64,000 bases of DNA from Fidelibacterota bacterium (GCA_018650795.1 JABIFG010000141.1:12902-76901), one strand, 5' to 3'; counted from the stretch's first letter, positions 16,899-26,675 are shown. A program made the numbers and translations. The notes: a model not told the origin generated them from the sequence alone.

Positions 16899-19067
16899 AT
16901 GAAACAATGGCTCCTAATAGCGATAACCGCCCTGATCGGACACGCTGAATGGTCTAACGATCCTGGTAGTCCGGTTCAACTGGGAACGGGAATTCAACCC
17001 CAAATTGTCGCCACTTCAGATGGCGGAGCTTATGTTGCCTGGTTGACCAGTGGCAATTTTCATATCTATTTACAACGACTTGACATCAATGGAGACCCCC
17101 AGTGGAATCCAGGAGGCGAGCTCATAAGCGATGCTGCTAATAGCAGTTGGATAGCGGTTTTTCATATGAACCTTGCTGTTGATGAAGCAGATAATGCTAT
17201 TATTTCCAGCGTTGACACCCGTACTGGGAACTGGGAAGTCTATGCCTATAAAATTGATCCAGATGGGAATCATGTCTGGGATGCAAACGGTCTGCCTCTT
17301 TCAGCCAACGGGAGGGGAAACATTTCCCCGCGCCTGGTGGTAGAGCCTTCGGATAACAGCATTATTGTGACCTGGTCAGATGATTTTACCTCATTACGAT
17401 TGCAAAGGATCAGCCCTGATGGTCAGATGTTGTGGAGTGCGGGTGGAATAAACGCTTCGGCCTTCAATGCAACACTCATCAGCCCCCAACCAACCTTGAG
17501 TTCAGATGGTCACATCCTTGTGCAGGCCGTTAAACAAACGGGATCTTTTCCAGCCTTGAGTAGTCAGGCTATGCTGCAAAAATATGCCCTGGATGGCACT
17601 GCCCAATGGACACCTTGGCTTCCCTTGGCCAGCTCAGTCAACTTCCCCATGGGAAATTGGCAACAGGATATTCAGCCTGATCTTACCGGGGGTGCTTTCT
17701 CATCCTGGACCGAAATGACCACCCAAAATCAAACAGGAAAAATTCAATCGGTAAGTGCCGCGGGCACACTTGACTGGACCAGTGCCGTGGAAGCCTCAAC
17801 ATCAGCCAATAATTTTAGAGTAAGTCCCAGACTAGCCCTGGCTAACGACAGCTCCGGTGTATATGTGGTCTGGGGTGAAACCGATGCATCCCAAATCAAT
17901 CGGGGTGTTTTGGCCCAAAAGATAGATAACAACGGATCTCGGTTATGGGGCGAGGGCGGTCTGGCTGTTGAGCCTATGGGTTTGTCGTCATTTTTGGATA
18001 TTCAGGCCACCGAACTGGAGGATGATCTACTATTGACCTATATTAGACAATACAGTTTTGGGACCATGGATATTTATGCCAGCAGACTTGACCCTGAGGG
18101 ATCCTTTGTGTGGGATACAGATCTGGTGCAAGTGACAAATTCAGCAGCTGAAAAGTCTGATTTAGACATGATTAGAGGTCCCAACTGTGCCTTTTTAGCC
18201 TGGTCTGAGGGGGGCAGTATCAAAGCTCACTGTTTGCTTGATGATGGTAGCCTGGGGATTCCTGGAGAAACACATCAGGATACACTGAATTACTTCCCGA
18301 TGGCCGTAGGACAACGCTGGAGTTACGCTGGGGTATATGACTCAACTTATATTACCGTTGTAGATTCTCAATTGATGGGTGACGTAGTCTATTATGAGTT
18401 TGATGCCTGGTATCCCAACGAATCCATAAATGCCTTTCGATTTGAAGCTTATGAAGTGCTGGTTAATTCAGGTGCTGCCGATCAGCTACTTTACGATTTT
18501 GGGGCTGATCTGAATGACACCTGGACCTTTCAATTTCCCGGGACAGACATATCACAGATCACCCTGACCAGTCTTGGAGATACGCTGGTGACTCCCTATA
18601 GAACCTTTACCAACTGTATCGGGTTCCACCGTTTCATTGGAGCCGACTATGAATATTACGATTGGTTTGCACCAGAGATCGGATTGGTCCAGCGAGATGT
18701 TGTGACCATAGCAGGGCCACAACGGTATCACTTATATGATATTGAACAAGTCGTTGTGGATATCGACGCAGCAGATCGGAACCACCCCGATATGTTCACT
18801 ATGAAGCAGAATTGTCCCAACCCATTTAATCCCAGCACAAACATCCAATATGAGTTGCCTGAGCAAGCCGACATATCAGTAGTCATCTTTGATGTAAATG
18901 GAACCGTGGTCTCAATACTTCAAGCAGGACTGCAAGAAGCCGGGAATTATCAGCTGGAATGGCGTGGTTCCAACCAAGCGGGAAATCCGGTTCCAGCGGG
19001 TCTCTATTTTTGTCGAATCAGTGGAGCAGGGTTTACACAGACCATAAAAATGGTGTATCTGAAGTAG
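16899..19067 (+). CDS. large secreted repeat (propeller-like) protein with T9SS type-A C-terminal sorting domain
   Basis: Has a signal peptide and about 7 repeats of D..G....W (GDPQWNPGG, GNHVWDANG, GQMLWSAGG, GSRLWGEGG...). The C-terminus is QNCPNPFNPSTNIQYELPEQADISVVIFDVNGTVV...GNYQLEWRG...AGLYFCRISGAGFTQTIKMVYLK. Confidence 0.7.
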   Translation: MKQWLLIAITALIGHAEWSNDPGSPVQLGTGIQPQIVATSDGGAYVAWLTSGNFHIYLQRLDINGDPQWNPGGELISDAANSSWIAVFHMNLAVDEADNAIISSVDTRTGNWEVYAYKIDPDGNHVWDANGLPLSANGRGNISPRLVVEPSDNSIIVTWSDDFTSLRLQRISPDGQMLWSAGGINASAFNATLISPQPTLSSDGHILVQAVKQTGSFPALSSQAMLQKYALDGTAQWTPWLPLASSVNFPMGNWQQDIQPDLTGGAFSSWTEMTTQNQTGKIQSVSAAGTLDWTSAVEASTSANNFRVSPRLALANDSSGVYVVWGETDASQINRGVLAQKIDNNGSRLWGEGGLAVEPMGLSSFLDIQATELEDDLLLTYIRQYSFGTMDIYASRLDPEGSFVWDTDLVQVTNSAAEKSDLDMIRGPNCAFLAWSEGGSIKAHCLLDDGSLGIPGETHQDTLNYFPMAVGQRWSYAGVYDSTYITVVDSQLMGDVVYYEFDAWYPNESINAFRFEAYEVLVNSGAADQLLYDFGADLNDTWTFQFPGTDISQITLTSLGDTLVTPYRTFTNCIGFHRFIGADYEYYDWFAPEIGLVQRDVVTIAGPQRYHLYDIEQVVVDIDAADRNHPDMFTMKQNCPNPFNPSTNIQYELPEQADISVVIFDVNGTVVSILQAGLQEAGNYQLEWRGSNQAGNPVPAGLYFCRISGAGFTQTIKMVYLK

Positions 19068-19101
19068 CTGGATCGGGTATATTTCAGGCACGGGGAAAAA
19101 C

Positions 19102-20046
19102 ATGATATCGATCTCACATCTCAGAAAAAACTTTGGTGATCTTGCCGCTGTAGATGACCTGTCCCTGACCATCAATCATGGGGAGATCTTGGGACTATTG
19201 GGTCCCAATGGCGCTGGAAAAACGACCACCATACGTATGCTCTGTGACTTGCTGGAACGAGATGGGGGTGAGATTCACTGGGAAACCACAGGAGAACTGT
19301 CTGAGATTATCGGCTTCTGTTCCCAGGAGAACCTATACTGGCCGCGACTCACTTGCCGGGAACAATTGGTGTTTCTGGGTACGATGCACAAAATGTCGGC
19401 AGCAGCAGCCCACAGCAGAGCCATTGAACTACTCAACATGCTGGGGCTAGCCGGGAAGACAGATGTCTATGCCGCCAAACTCTCTGGTGGGATGCAGCGC
19501 CGCTTGAATATTGCCCTGGCTCTCATCCATGATCCACCTGTCCTCATCTTGGATGAACCCGAAGCAGGGCTGGATCCCCAGAGCCGTATTCTGGTCCGCG
19601 ATCTCATTCGCTCTCTCGCTCGCCAGAAAACGGTCATCATCACTACCCATAATATGGATGAAGCAGAGCGTCTATCGGATCGCGTTGCCATTATCGATCA
19701 TGGCAAGTTGCTGGAAGTTGGTAGTGTGGATTCACTCAAACAATCATTGGGCAGCGGTGATTGTCTGGAATGTCGCTTTGAGACAGATCTGGGCTACTTA
19801 CTCACCGAGAAATCATCACCTGCAACTCAGTTTATCGAAGCCATCAGCTCGTTGGGTCTGGCTACTGATACCATTTCGGTGGTACAGGATAAATTGCTTA
19901 TCAGATCTTTCCAACACCTGGAAAAGCTCTCGGCATTGACTGATCTGGCAAAAATGCAGGGCCTGGAAATTCAAGATATCCAACTCCGTAAAACCACCCT
20001 GGAGGATGTCTTCATCAATCTCACTGGAAGGGCTTTGCGAGAATGA
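19102..20046 (+). CDS. ABC transporter ATP-binding protein (ABC-2 exporter type)
   Basis: Walker A GPNGAGKTTT, signature LSGGMQRRL, Walker B VLILDEPEAGLD, H-loop TTHNMDEA. Confidence 0.9.
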   Translation: MISISHLRKNFGDLAAVDDLSLTINHGEILGLLGPNGAGKTTTIRMLCDLLERDGGEIHWETTGELSEIIGFCSQENLYWPRLTCREQLVFLGTMHKMSAAAAHSRAIELLNMLGLAGKTDVYAAKLSGGMQRRLNIALALIHDPPVLILDEPEAGLDPQSRILVRDLIRSLARQKTVIITTHNMDEAERLSDRVAIIDHGKLLEVGSVDSLKQSLGSGDCLECRFETDLGYLLTEKSSPATQFIEAISSLGLATDTISVVQDKLLIRSFQHLEKLSALTDLAKMQGLEIQDIQLRKTTLEDVFINLTGRALRE

Positions 20047-21194
20047 TTTGGGCCATCTTTATAAAAAGTATCAAGGAGCAGCTCCGTAATTTCTGGATAC
20101 TCATCCTCACCGTTTCCATGGCGCCCTTTTTTGTGTTTGTTTATTTCCTGATCAACGAGGCGAGTCAACCTCATTATCGTGCTCTCATCGTTAATCAGGA
20201 CCAGGGAGTTACGGTACAGGACGAGCAAATAAATATAGGAAGTGCCCTGTTGCCTGGTTTTCAGGAATACATTGACAGCATGGAAAACATTCCCCTGAGT
20301 ATCCGTTCTGCAGGCTCTCGGGCAGCAGCCATCAAAAAAATTGAGACCCGCAAAGCAGATGTCCTGCTGGTGATTCCTGCTCATTTTAGTCAAGCCCTGC
20401 TATCAGAAGCTACCCATACGCCAGAGCTTGAAATTGTGGGCAATCTTACCAGCACGGGTTATCTGATCTCCGCGGTCTGGGTGGGGGAGATGCTTAATGA
20501 ATTCATGGCTCAGCAAACCGGACAAGAGCGACTTTTTACGGTAAAGGAAACTGCCCTGGGGCTTTCAGGGCAAATCGATGAGTTTGAAATCTGGGTTCCG
20601 GGGATACTCATCCTCTCCATCATTATGCTTATGTTTTCAGCCACCATCGCCATTATCGTTGAAGTGGATCAAGGCACCATTCTCAGAATGAAATTATCTG
20701 GAATGCGAGCCTGGCAGTTTCTCGTGGGTGTGGGCTCCAGCCAGATGCTTGTGGGTATCATTGCTATTTTTCTCACTCTGGCGGCAGCCACCTCCCTGGG
20801 CTTTGAAATGCGAGGATCCTTCTGGTCATTCCTGCTCATCACTGTCCTCACCAGCATCAGTATGATTGCTTTCAGCTTGATTCTGGCAGCTGTGACACGT
20901 TCAGTAACAGATGTGCTGGTGGTGGGTAACTTTCCCCTCTTTTTGTTTATGTTTTTCTCAGGAGCCGCTTTTCCCATCTCACCCCAGGCCTGGTTTTATC
21001 TGGGTGATTATGGTGTCAGCTGGCAAACCCTCATGTCTGCAGCACCAGCCATTTCAGCCCTCCAGAAAACCAGCATAATGGGTGTAGGTCTCGCTGATGT
21101 AGGCGGTGAACTGTTGGCACTCGTTTTCATGACAGCCATCTACTTTGCAATTGGTTTATGGGGTTTTCAGCGCCGTCACCTCAGAACAAAATAG
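20043..21194 (+). CDS. ABC-2 type transporter permease
   Basis: ATGA overlap with the ATPase gene. One N-terminal TM, a large extracytoplasmic loop, then five C-terminal TM helices, which is the typical ABC-2 permease layout. Confidence 0.75.
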   Translation: MIWAIFIKSIKEQLRNFWILILTVSMAPFFVFVYFLINEASQPHYRALIVNQDQGVTVQDEQINIGSALLPGFQEYIDSMENIPLSIRSAGSRAAAIKKIETRKADVLLVIPAHFSQALLSEATHTPELEIVGNLTSTGYLISAVWVGEMLNEFMAQQTGQERLFTVKETALGLSGQIDEFEIWVPGILILSIIMLMFSATIAIIVEVDQGTILRMKLSGMRAWQFLVGVGSSQMLVGIIAIFLTLAAATSLGFEMRGSFWSFLLITVLTSISMIAFSLILAAVTRSVTDVLVVGNFPLFLFMFFSGAAFPISPQAWFYLGDYGVSWQTLMSAAPAISALQKTSIMGVGLADVGGELLALVFMTAIYFAIGLWGFQRRHLRTK

Positions 21195-21219
21195 AAAGTC
21201 CCCAGTACAAATATTTATC

Positions 21220-22047
21220 ATGTTATTCAGGCGCATCCTCTATCTGCTCATATTCATGCCACTTTTAGGCTGGAGTGATACAGTCTCTGGACGTATGGTT
21301 GACAGAGAGACAGGCGAGGCCTTGCCCTATGTAAATATCGGTGTTCTTGGAGGGGAGCGGGGGACGGTCTCCAATGAGCAGGGCTATTTCCATTTTGATC
21401 TCACGGACCTGATACCGGAATCCGTAGTCAGATTCTCCTATATCGGTTATGAAAATTATGATGCTGAAGTAGCAGAGCTCAGCTTGGCAGATAAAAGTCT
21501 GGGTGAAATCAAGTTGACTCCGAAAACACTAGAAATGCAGGCTGTCCTGGTTTATCCCCGGGAATTCAAGGAGAAGATCGTGGGTAACCCACATCCACCA
21601 AACAGAATGAGAGCCGGTTTCTCAAAGGACAGCCTGGGGTACGAAGTCGGTATTCGGGTTAAAATAAGAAAACGCCCTACAGTGCTTAAGACACTAACCC
21701 TCCATGGCGTTGTCACCAGCTACGATACAGTCTTTTACCGTCTGAATGTCTATGAAATGGATGACAAAATTCCGAGCAGAAACATTCTTAACACACCCAT
21801 CTATATCACCCTTACCGATTTTGAACAGCTGGCGGATATCACACTGGATCTAACTTCCTATCATATTGTGGTTCAGGATGATTTTGTGATTACGCTGGAG
21901 CAAGTAAAAGATCTGGGAGAAGGGGAACTGACCTTTTCTACGGGCATTCTCAACGGTAAAATATTCTATCGGCGGACGAGTCAGGCAGTCTGGCGTTCAG
22001 CCCCTTTTGGTCTGGGGATGAGTGTGTTGATCCGTTATGAGAAGTAG
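21220..22047 (+). CDS. CarboxypepD_reg-like domain protein, secreted
   Basis: Track ORF starts at 21145. The ATG at 21220 gives signal peptide MLFRRILYLLIFMPLLGWS. VSGRMVDRETGEALPYVNIGVLGGERGTVSNEQGYFHF is the carboxypeptidase-regulatory-like fold motif. Confidence 0.65.
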   Translation: MLFRRILYLLIFMPLLGWSDTVSGRMVDRETGEALPYVNIGVLGGERGTVSNEQGYFHFDLTDLIPESVVRFSYIGYENYDAEVAELSLADKSLGEIKLTPKTLEMQAVLVYPREFKEKIVGNPHPPNRMRAGFSKDSLGYEVGIRVKIRKRPTVLKTLTLHGVVTSYDTVFYRLNVYEMDDKIPSRNILNTPIYITLTDFEQLADITLDLTSYHIVVQDDFVITLEQVKDLGEGELTFSTGILNGKIFYRRTSQAVWRSAPFGLGMSVLIRYEK

Positions 22048-22056
22048 TTCAGCGCT

Positions 22057-22737
22057 CTAGGAGCTATGTGCCACGGCCGAGGGTGTTTGACAACCCACGA
22101 TGGCTGGTACTTCTTGAATCAAATCATCTTTTACCAGGGCATCCACCATAAATAAGGCAAAATCAATGCGACGGGTTTTGTTGCTCTCCAGGATAGGATC
22201 TCCAATATGCTGGCTCCAGACTGGCAGTCCCTGGCTTTCACCTTCTTCCAGATCGCTGCCACGCACTACAGTCCATTTGGTATCGCTCTCAAAAATACGC
22301 CGACAAGCTTCCACCTGATCATCCAACTCAACAGCACGGAAGAATCGTCCAATCTTTGCTGCAATACTCACTAGAACTTTAAAGGTGGTGGAGTAAACGT
22401 CTTTGCCATCCCGGGTGATATGCCAGCCACAGGAAAAAATGAGACGAGCGCTTGGTTGGGCATAATCCATGACAGCCTGGGCCGTCCCAGATGAATACTG
22501 CTGAACTCCCCAGGGTACCAAAACGGTCAGTACGCCATCGCAGCCGGTTACTGCCTGTTTAATGATTTCCCTGTCATTGGTGGCTCCAGGGATGATGGTC
22601 ATTTTATCCTTAAAAGCATCGAGTTTACTGACACTCTTTTCACGGCAGACACCCACCACCTCGTAACCGCGATCCAGGGCATGCTGAACCATATATCTTC
22701 CTAATTTCCCTGATGCTCCCACGATACAAATCTTCAT
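22057..22737 (-). CDS. NAD(P)H-binding (NmrA/atypical SDR-like) oxidoreductase
   Basis: The ATG at 22737 is preceded by GGAGA. It gives MKICIVGASGKLGRYMVQHALDRGYEVVGVCR, a Rossmann GxxGxxG motif. Confidence 0.7.
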   Translation of the reverse strand: MKICIVGASGKLGRYMVQHALDRGYEVVGVCREKSVSKLDAFKDKMTIIPGATNDREIIKQAVTGCDGVLTVLVPWGVQQYSSGTAQAVMDYAQPSARLIFSCGWHITRDGKDVYSTTFKVLVSIAAKIGRFFRAVELDDQVEACRRIFESDTKWTVVRGSDLEEGESQGLPVWSQHIGDPILESNKTRRIDFALFMVDALVKDDLIQEVPAIVGCQTPSAVAHSS

Positions 22738-22900
22738 ATATTCTCCAATAATTGAATAGTTGTCAATATTAACTAACGCTGGCAAACTAGAAGAAAAGGT
22801 TCGATCTAAAACAACAAAGATTGACCTTGTTGGTGTATATGGGATACTGTGATAAGCAGAATATCAAAAACCACGTTATAGGGGGAAGTGGCAATACTTG

Positions 22901-23575
22901 TTACATCGGTCCAGTGTTGTCAATTATTGGTTTTGATATATGCTGTAAATAGACATCAATGGCCTGCTTCAGCCGGGCTGGCTTGAATCCATATGGACCA
23001 ATCCCGGCCGCGTATTTAACCAGACCATCTAGTCCAATCAGATACAAGCGCGTGGGTTTGGCTGCATAGGCCTTACTAACGGAATCATCCATATTATCTA
23101 CATAGGTACGGATGTCATATTGTAAAGAGGCTTCGCATTGACCTGCCACAAGTCGACGTTCTTCAATTGTTTGGGGATCGTACACATCAAAAGCGGTCGC
23201 GGGGCTATACTTTTTGGTTAGTTTTCCCAATATCCCACCGCCCATCCACCAGCCATCCACGGGGTGTGCTTCACGTATATAAATGGGCAAGAATTGAACT
23301 TGTTCGCTATAGTTCTGGTACAGCTCGCGGAGACTCACGGTCCCCTTCACGTAGGGCGGTCATGTGAAACTACCAAAGACCAGCGCCACTGGTTTTTGTC
23401 CACGGAATTCAGACAGACGTACACGCTGTTTGCCACTCGCGTCAAACAGTTCAAAATCAGGGGCTTCGTCCCCTTCTTTTGGAGCCAAAGCATTATACTT
23501 CTTCTGCCAGACCGCCTCTTTATTTCGATACTGTAAAGTTTTAGTGATAAAATTCAAGATTAAAATTCCCCTCAT
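22901..23575 (-). CDS. iodothyronine-deiodinase-like thioredoxin-fold selenoprotein (in-frame UGA = Sec at codon 72)
   Basis: Track ORFs 23360-23575 and 22901-23350 are in the same frame, separated only by TGA (23362-23360) and three sense codons. The joined product reads ...KPVALVFGSFT-U-PPYVKGTVSLRELYQNYSEQVQFLPIYIREAHPVDGWW...YAAKPTRLYLIGLDGLVKYAAGIGPYGF. This matches the deiodinase signatures GS.T-U-P.F, IYI.EAH..DGW and YAA.P.RLY.I. Confidence 0.8.
23329..23345 (-). promoter_or_regulatory. putative bacterial SECIS apical hairpin
   Basis: The mRNA reads UGA-N14-GGGGAC CGUGA GUCUCC. That is a 6-bp stem (one G-U pair) with a 5-nt loop containing GU, sitting 24-25 nt after the U of UGA. The spacing is close to the E. 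coli fdhF SECIS as I recall it. Confidence 0.55.
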
Positions 23576-23625
23576 GTAGATTTTGTACCGTGCAGTTCGC
23601 CTTAGAAGTGCAACTTTTTCAGGCT

Positions 23626-24027
23626 TTACGCCACTTTCACAACAGCTTCACCATCAATAACTATTTTACCTTTGCTGTTCACGCAAAATGTTCGCAAGGT
23701 CACAATCGGTTTGTCCTCACGGATTTTTATAACCTGAACCGTTGCAGTGACCTCTTCATCAATAAACACCGGATGGGTAAAATTGAGTGATTGGCCTAAA
23801 TAGATACCGCCTTTACCAGCCAAATCATTACCCAGCAGGCCGGAAAAAAGACTGGCGACCAGCATGCCATGCACAATTCTTTGCCCAAAAACAGTCTCTT
23901 TTGCAAAAGACGAGTCTAGATGAAGGGGGTTTTTATCCAAGGATAGGTCTGAGAACTCATGGACGTCACTATCTGTGAAGATTTTTTTCACTGATCTTTT
24001 GTCGCCAACCTTCAATTTGATCATCAT
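23626..24027 (-). CDS. MaoC-like (R)-specific enoyl-CoA hydratase / hot-dog fold dehydratase
   Basis: FSDLSLDKNPLHLDSSFAKETVFGQRIVHGMLVASLFSGLLGN...PG is the MaoC dehydratase signature. 133 aa. Confidence 0.85.
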   Translation of the reverse strand: MMIKLKVGDKRSVKKIFTDSDVHEFSDLSLDKNPLHLDSSFAKETVFGQRIVHGMLVASLFSGLLGNDLAGKGGIYLGQSLNFTHPVFIDEEVTATVQVIKIREDKPIVTLRTFCVNSKGKIVIDGEAVVKVA

Positions 24028-24134
24028 TATGATCCTTTCAGAAATATTACTAGGTGTCGGGCCGTAGCTCTGGAAGAGCGAAGATGGGCTTTAAACTTTT
24101 AGCAAGGCCACCTGAAATCTTGTCTTGCCATTTT

Positions 24135-25025
24135 TCAATTATATCCAGCTGAGAATTCTAGCAATCTAACATTCAGTGTTTCCTGGACTACTTGCCCGTA
24201 GTGGTCAAGTGATAAATACAAGACACCCACATTGTTTTTAATCCATATCTCACCATCATAAACCTGAAAAATGATAGATGAAGTTAAAGCTGTGGTTCCA
24301 GAGAATGCATCAGAACTGGAATTGTATAATTGATTTGTGAATGGAGTTTGAAGTTCAAGGTTTGTCATGCCATGGTTTAAGCTCTCATGGAAATACTTAT
24401 TAAGAACTATTGAAAAACTTGTATCTGCAAAAGGAACTGATAAAAATGAGGCTACAGCATAGTTTTCATCTATAGGTTCCTCCAGATATTGAAGGTCGTT
24501 TATTTCAATAGTGTCGCTAAGACCGTAGGATTTCTTAAAACCGGCGATAGTTATTTCTGAGCCAATAGAACCAGGGGAAGAATCGATAATAATACGGTGA
24601 ATTATTAGATCTATAAAACTATCATAAGGAGGTTCATCCCAGCGAGTATACTTATACTCATATGTCCAATGGGAGCCAACAGTAGATGGGTAGTAGTCTA
24701 TCTTGACAAGCGATAAGTCGACAATAGTATCAGCGGTACTATTAAAAAGAAAGCTAGTGTCCATATGCATCAAAGAAAACAGAGAAAATAAATAATCATC
24801 GTTTCCGCCCAGACTGATCTCATAGTTCCCTAGGCTGTCTGAATAGGCAACACCTGAATCCTGTGAGGAATGATATTTGATTGCAACTCCTTGAATTGCC
24901 ACGGAAGACCCCATAATATGCCCACTCAAATTAATCTTTGGGCTTTCATTGATTGGCCGAGTCGTTTCTGTACTACATGAAATTTGTAGTATCAACAGAG
25001 ACGCAATTGACAATTCCCTTATCAT
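24135..25025 (-). CDS. hypothetical lipoprotein (cassette-borne)
   Basis: 296 aa with a lipobox-type signal (LLILQISCS). Low GC and no recognisable catalytic motif. Starts just downstream of an attC-like repeat. Confidence 0.45.
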   Translation of the reverse strand: MIRELSIASLLILQISCSTETTRPINESPKINLSGHIMGSSVAIQGVAIKYHSSQDSGVAYSDSLGNYEISLGGNDDYLFSLFSLMHMDTSFLFNSTADTIVDLSLVKIDYYPSTVGSHWTYEYKYTRWDEPPYDSFIDLIIHRIIIDSSPGSIGSEITIAGFKKSYGLSDTIEINDLQYLEEPIDENYAVASFLSVPFADTSFSIVLNKYFHESLNHGMTNLELQTPFTNQLYNSSSDAFSGTTALTSSIIFQVYDGEIWIKNNVGVLYLSLDHYGQVVQETLNVRLLEFSAGYN

Positions 25026-25061
25026 TTATTTTCCAGATTCTCGTATATCACTCTATCAGTT

Positions 25062-25190
25062 GGCCTAACGTTTCAGCCATAACCTGCTTCTCAACAGATT
25101 GTAGTATTGTAAAAACACGGTATCCCTGTAGTTCATTTTTATTAACCGAGCCCTTTGTGTGAGTAAGGTTGAAGCCGTTGATAGAAAGCC
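25062..25190 (-). repeat. attC-like repeat copy 2 (degenerate palindrome)
   Basis: Begins directly after the stop of 25191-26675. Its first 35 nt on the minus strand (GGGCTTTCTATCAACGGCTTCAACCTTACTCACAC) match copy 1 at 28 of 35 positions without gaps. Further shared blocks are ACAGGG.ACCG, AATCTGTT, GAAGCAG and CGTTAG. It ends in GTTAGGC, which fits the GTTRRRY consensus. Confidence 0.6.
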
Positions 25191-26675
25191 CTACTTCAGA
25201 AAGATTATAGTCCTATTCTCATGCCAAGACAACGCTGATACTCTTAAGAAATAAAGTCCTGAGCTTAATTCAAACCCATTATTTGTAGTACCATTCCAAA
25301 ACTGATTGTAACGTCCTGCTTCCTGTTCGCTAAATTTGCGACTCCATATTTTTGTACCTGACAAATCATAAATATCTAAGACCACTGATGAACGAACGGG
25401 TAAAGTATATCCAATATTACAGGTACTATTCGTTGGATTTGGCGAAATGGTAATTTGCCGAAAGAATGAATCAGATTTTTCCGTTGGGATTAGTGCCGAC
25501 GTGGATGTTTGACCCATCGAGTCCGTCTTAATTATCCAAAAATCCGCATTTGAATCTCGACCCACTACAAGAAATCCATTGTCATAAGTTTGAATCACAG
25601 CCTTCATCTCATTGTAACCATGACTACCATAGGTTCTAGTCCACATAACCTCACCATCAGAATCTGTTTTTACCATCCAGCCAAGATCATCATTATTAGC
25701 CAGCCCCGCATTTTGTTTTTGACCAACCATTAGAAACCCACCATCATTTGTTTGAACCAATGAGCTTGTAATCTCATTATGGTAATCTCCATATGTATGA
25801 GACCATACTATTTCACCGTTAGAATCAATTTTAAATAACCAAAAATCTCCCTGGGTGGATTCAAATGAGGCTGTGAAACCGGTAATTACGAAACACTGAT
25901 CGTCAGTCCGCACTAGGTCATAAGCCGCATGAAACCCCGCACCACCATATGTTTCAGTCCAAAGTGTGTCACCATTTGCATCTGTTTTTAATATCCAACA
26001 ATCCCCGTCGTCACTTGTCCCCACTACTAAGTATTCTTGATCATGGGTTTCTAAAACTGAATGTGTTGCATCATTCAAACCCATATTATATCCGCGTGTC
26101 CATAAAGTATCACCGTTGATATCGGTCTTGATTAACAATAAGTCTTTCTCTGGCTCATCAAATGATAAAACTTTTCCGCATATCAAATATCCTTCGTCGG
26201 TCGTTTCAATAACTGAAGAGCCAATACTAATTGCAAATTCCCCAACACCAAAAGTTCTCGTCCAAAGGGTATCTCCAGCTTGATCAATTTTAACTAACCA
26301 AATGCCCCCTTCCTCACTCATAATTGTCCCCGAAAAAACATAATCATGGGTAAGAGTTTCAATTATCGAGTAAGCTTCCTCAATAATTGCGTCTTCTCCA
26401 TATGTTTTTGACAAGATTGTATCACCAGAAAGATTTGCCTTGATCAGCCAGATATCAGAAGCCTCTGGTGAACCATAACCAAAAGACTCTGTTGTACCAA
26501 TTACAGTATATGTTGAATCCGCCGTTTGAACCACGGACATTGCTCGATCAAACCAGGCTCCGCCATACGACTTAATCCAAGTGTTTTGACCATAAGACAC
26601 CGATATCACCAATAGTGTGGTGATATTTATCGATAGTCGTAATATATTTGATCTCATATTTCCTGCCCCACCCAT
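25191..26675 (-). CDS. secreted beta-propeller-like repeat protein with T9SS type-A C-terminal sorting domain (cassette-borne)
   Basis: At least six ~48-aa repeats, each ending in a GDT-type motif (GDTILSKTYG, GDTLWTRTFG, GDTLWTRGYN, GDTLWTETYG, GEIVWSHTYG, GEVMWTRTYG). The C-terminus is ISPNPTNSTCNIGYTLPVRSSVVLDIYDLSGTKI...GRYNQFWNG...SGLYFLRVS....IIFLK. Confidence 0.7.
   Translation of the reverse strand: MGGAGNMRSNILRLSINITTLLVISVSYGQNTWIKSYGGAWFDRAMSVVQTADSTYTVIGTTESFGYGSPEASDIWLIKANLSGDTILSKTYGEDAIIEEAYSIIETLTHDYVFSGTIMSEEGGIWLVKIDQAGDTLWTRTFGVGEFAISIGSSVIETTDEGYLICGKVLSFDEPEKDLLLIKTDINGDTLWTRGYNMGLNDATHSVLETHDQEYLVVGTSDDGDCWILKTDANGDTLWTETYGGAGFHAAYDLVRTDDQCFVITGFTASFESTQGDFWLFKIDSNGEIVWSHTYGDYHNEITSSLVQTNDGGFLMVGQKQNAGLANNDDLGWMVKTDSDGEVMWTRTYGSHGYNEMKAVIQTYDNGFLVVGRDSNADFWIIKTDSMGQTSTSALIPTEKSDSFFRQITISPNPTNSTCNIGYTLPVRSSVVLDIYDLSGTKIWSRKFSEQEAGRYNQFWNGTTNNGFELSSGLYFLRVSALSWHENRTIIFLK

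Noticed and set aside
22901-23575. Reading the two ORFs (22901-23350 and 23360-23575) as separate small genes, or as a nonsense-disrupted pseudogene.
   Set aside because: Both are in the same frame and are separated by a single TGA that falls exactly at the Sec position of the deiodinase active-site motif. A SECIS-like hairpin follows. The GTG 'start' of the downstream ORF is simply an internal Val codon.
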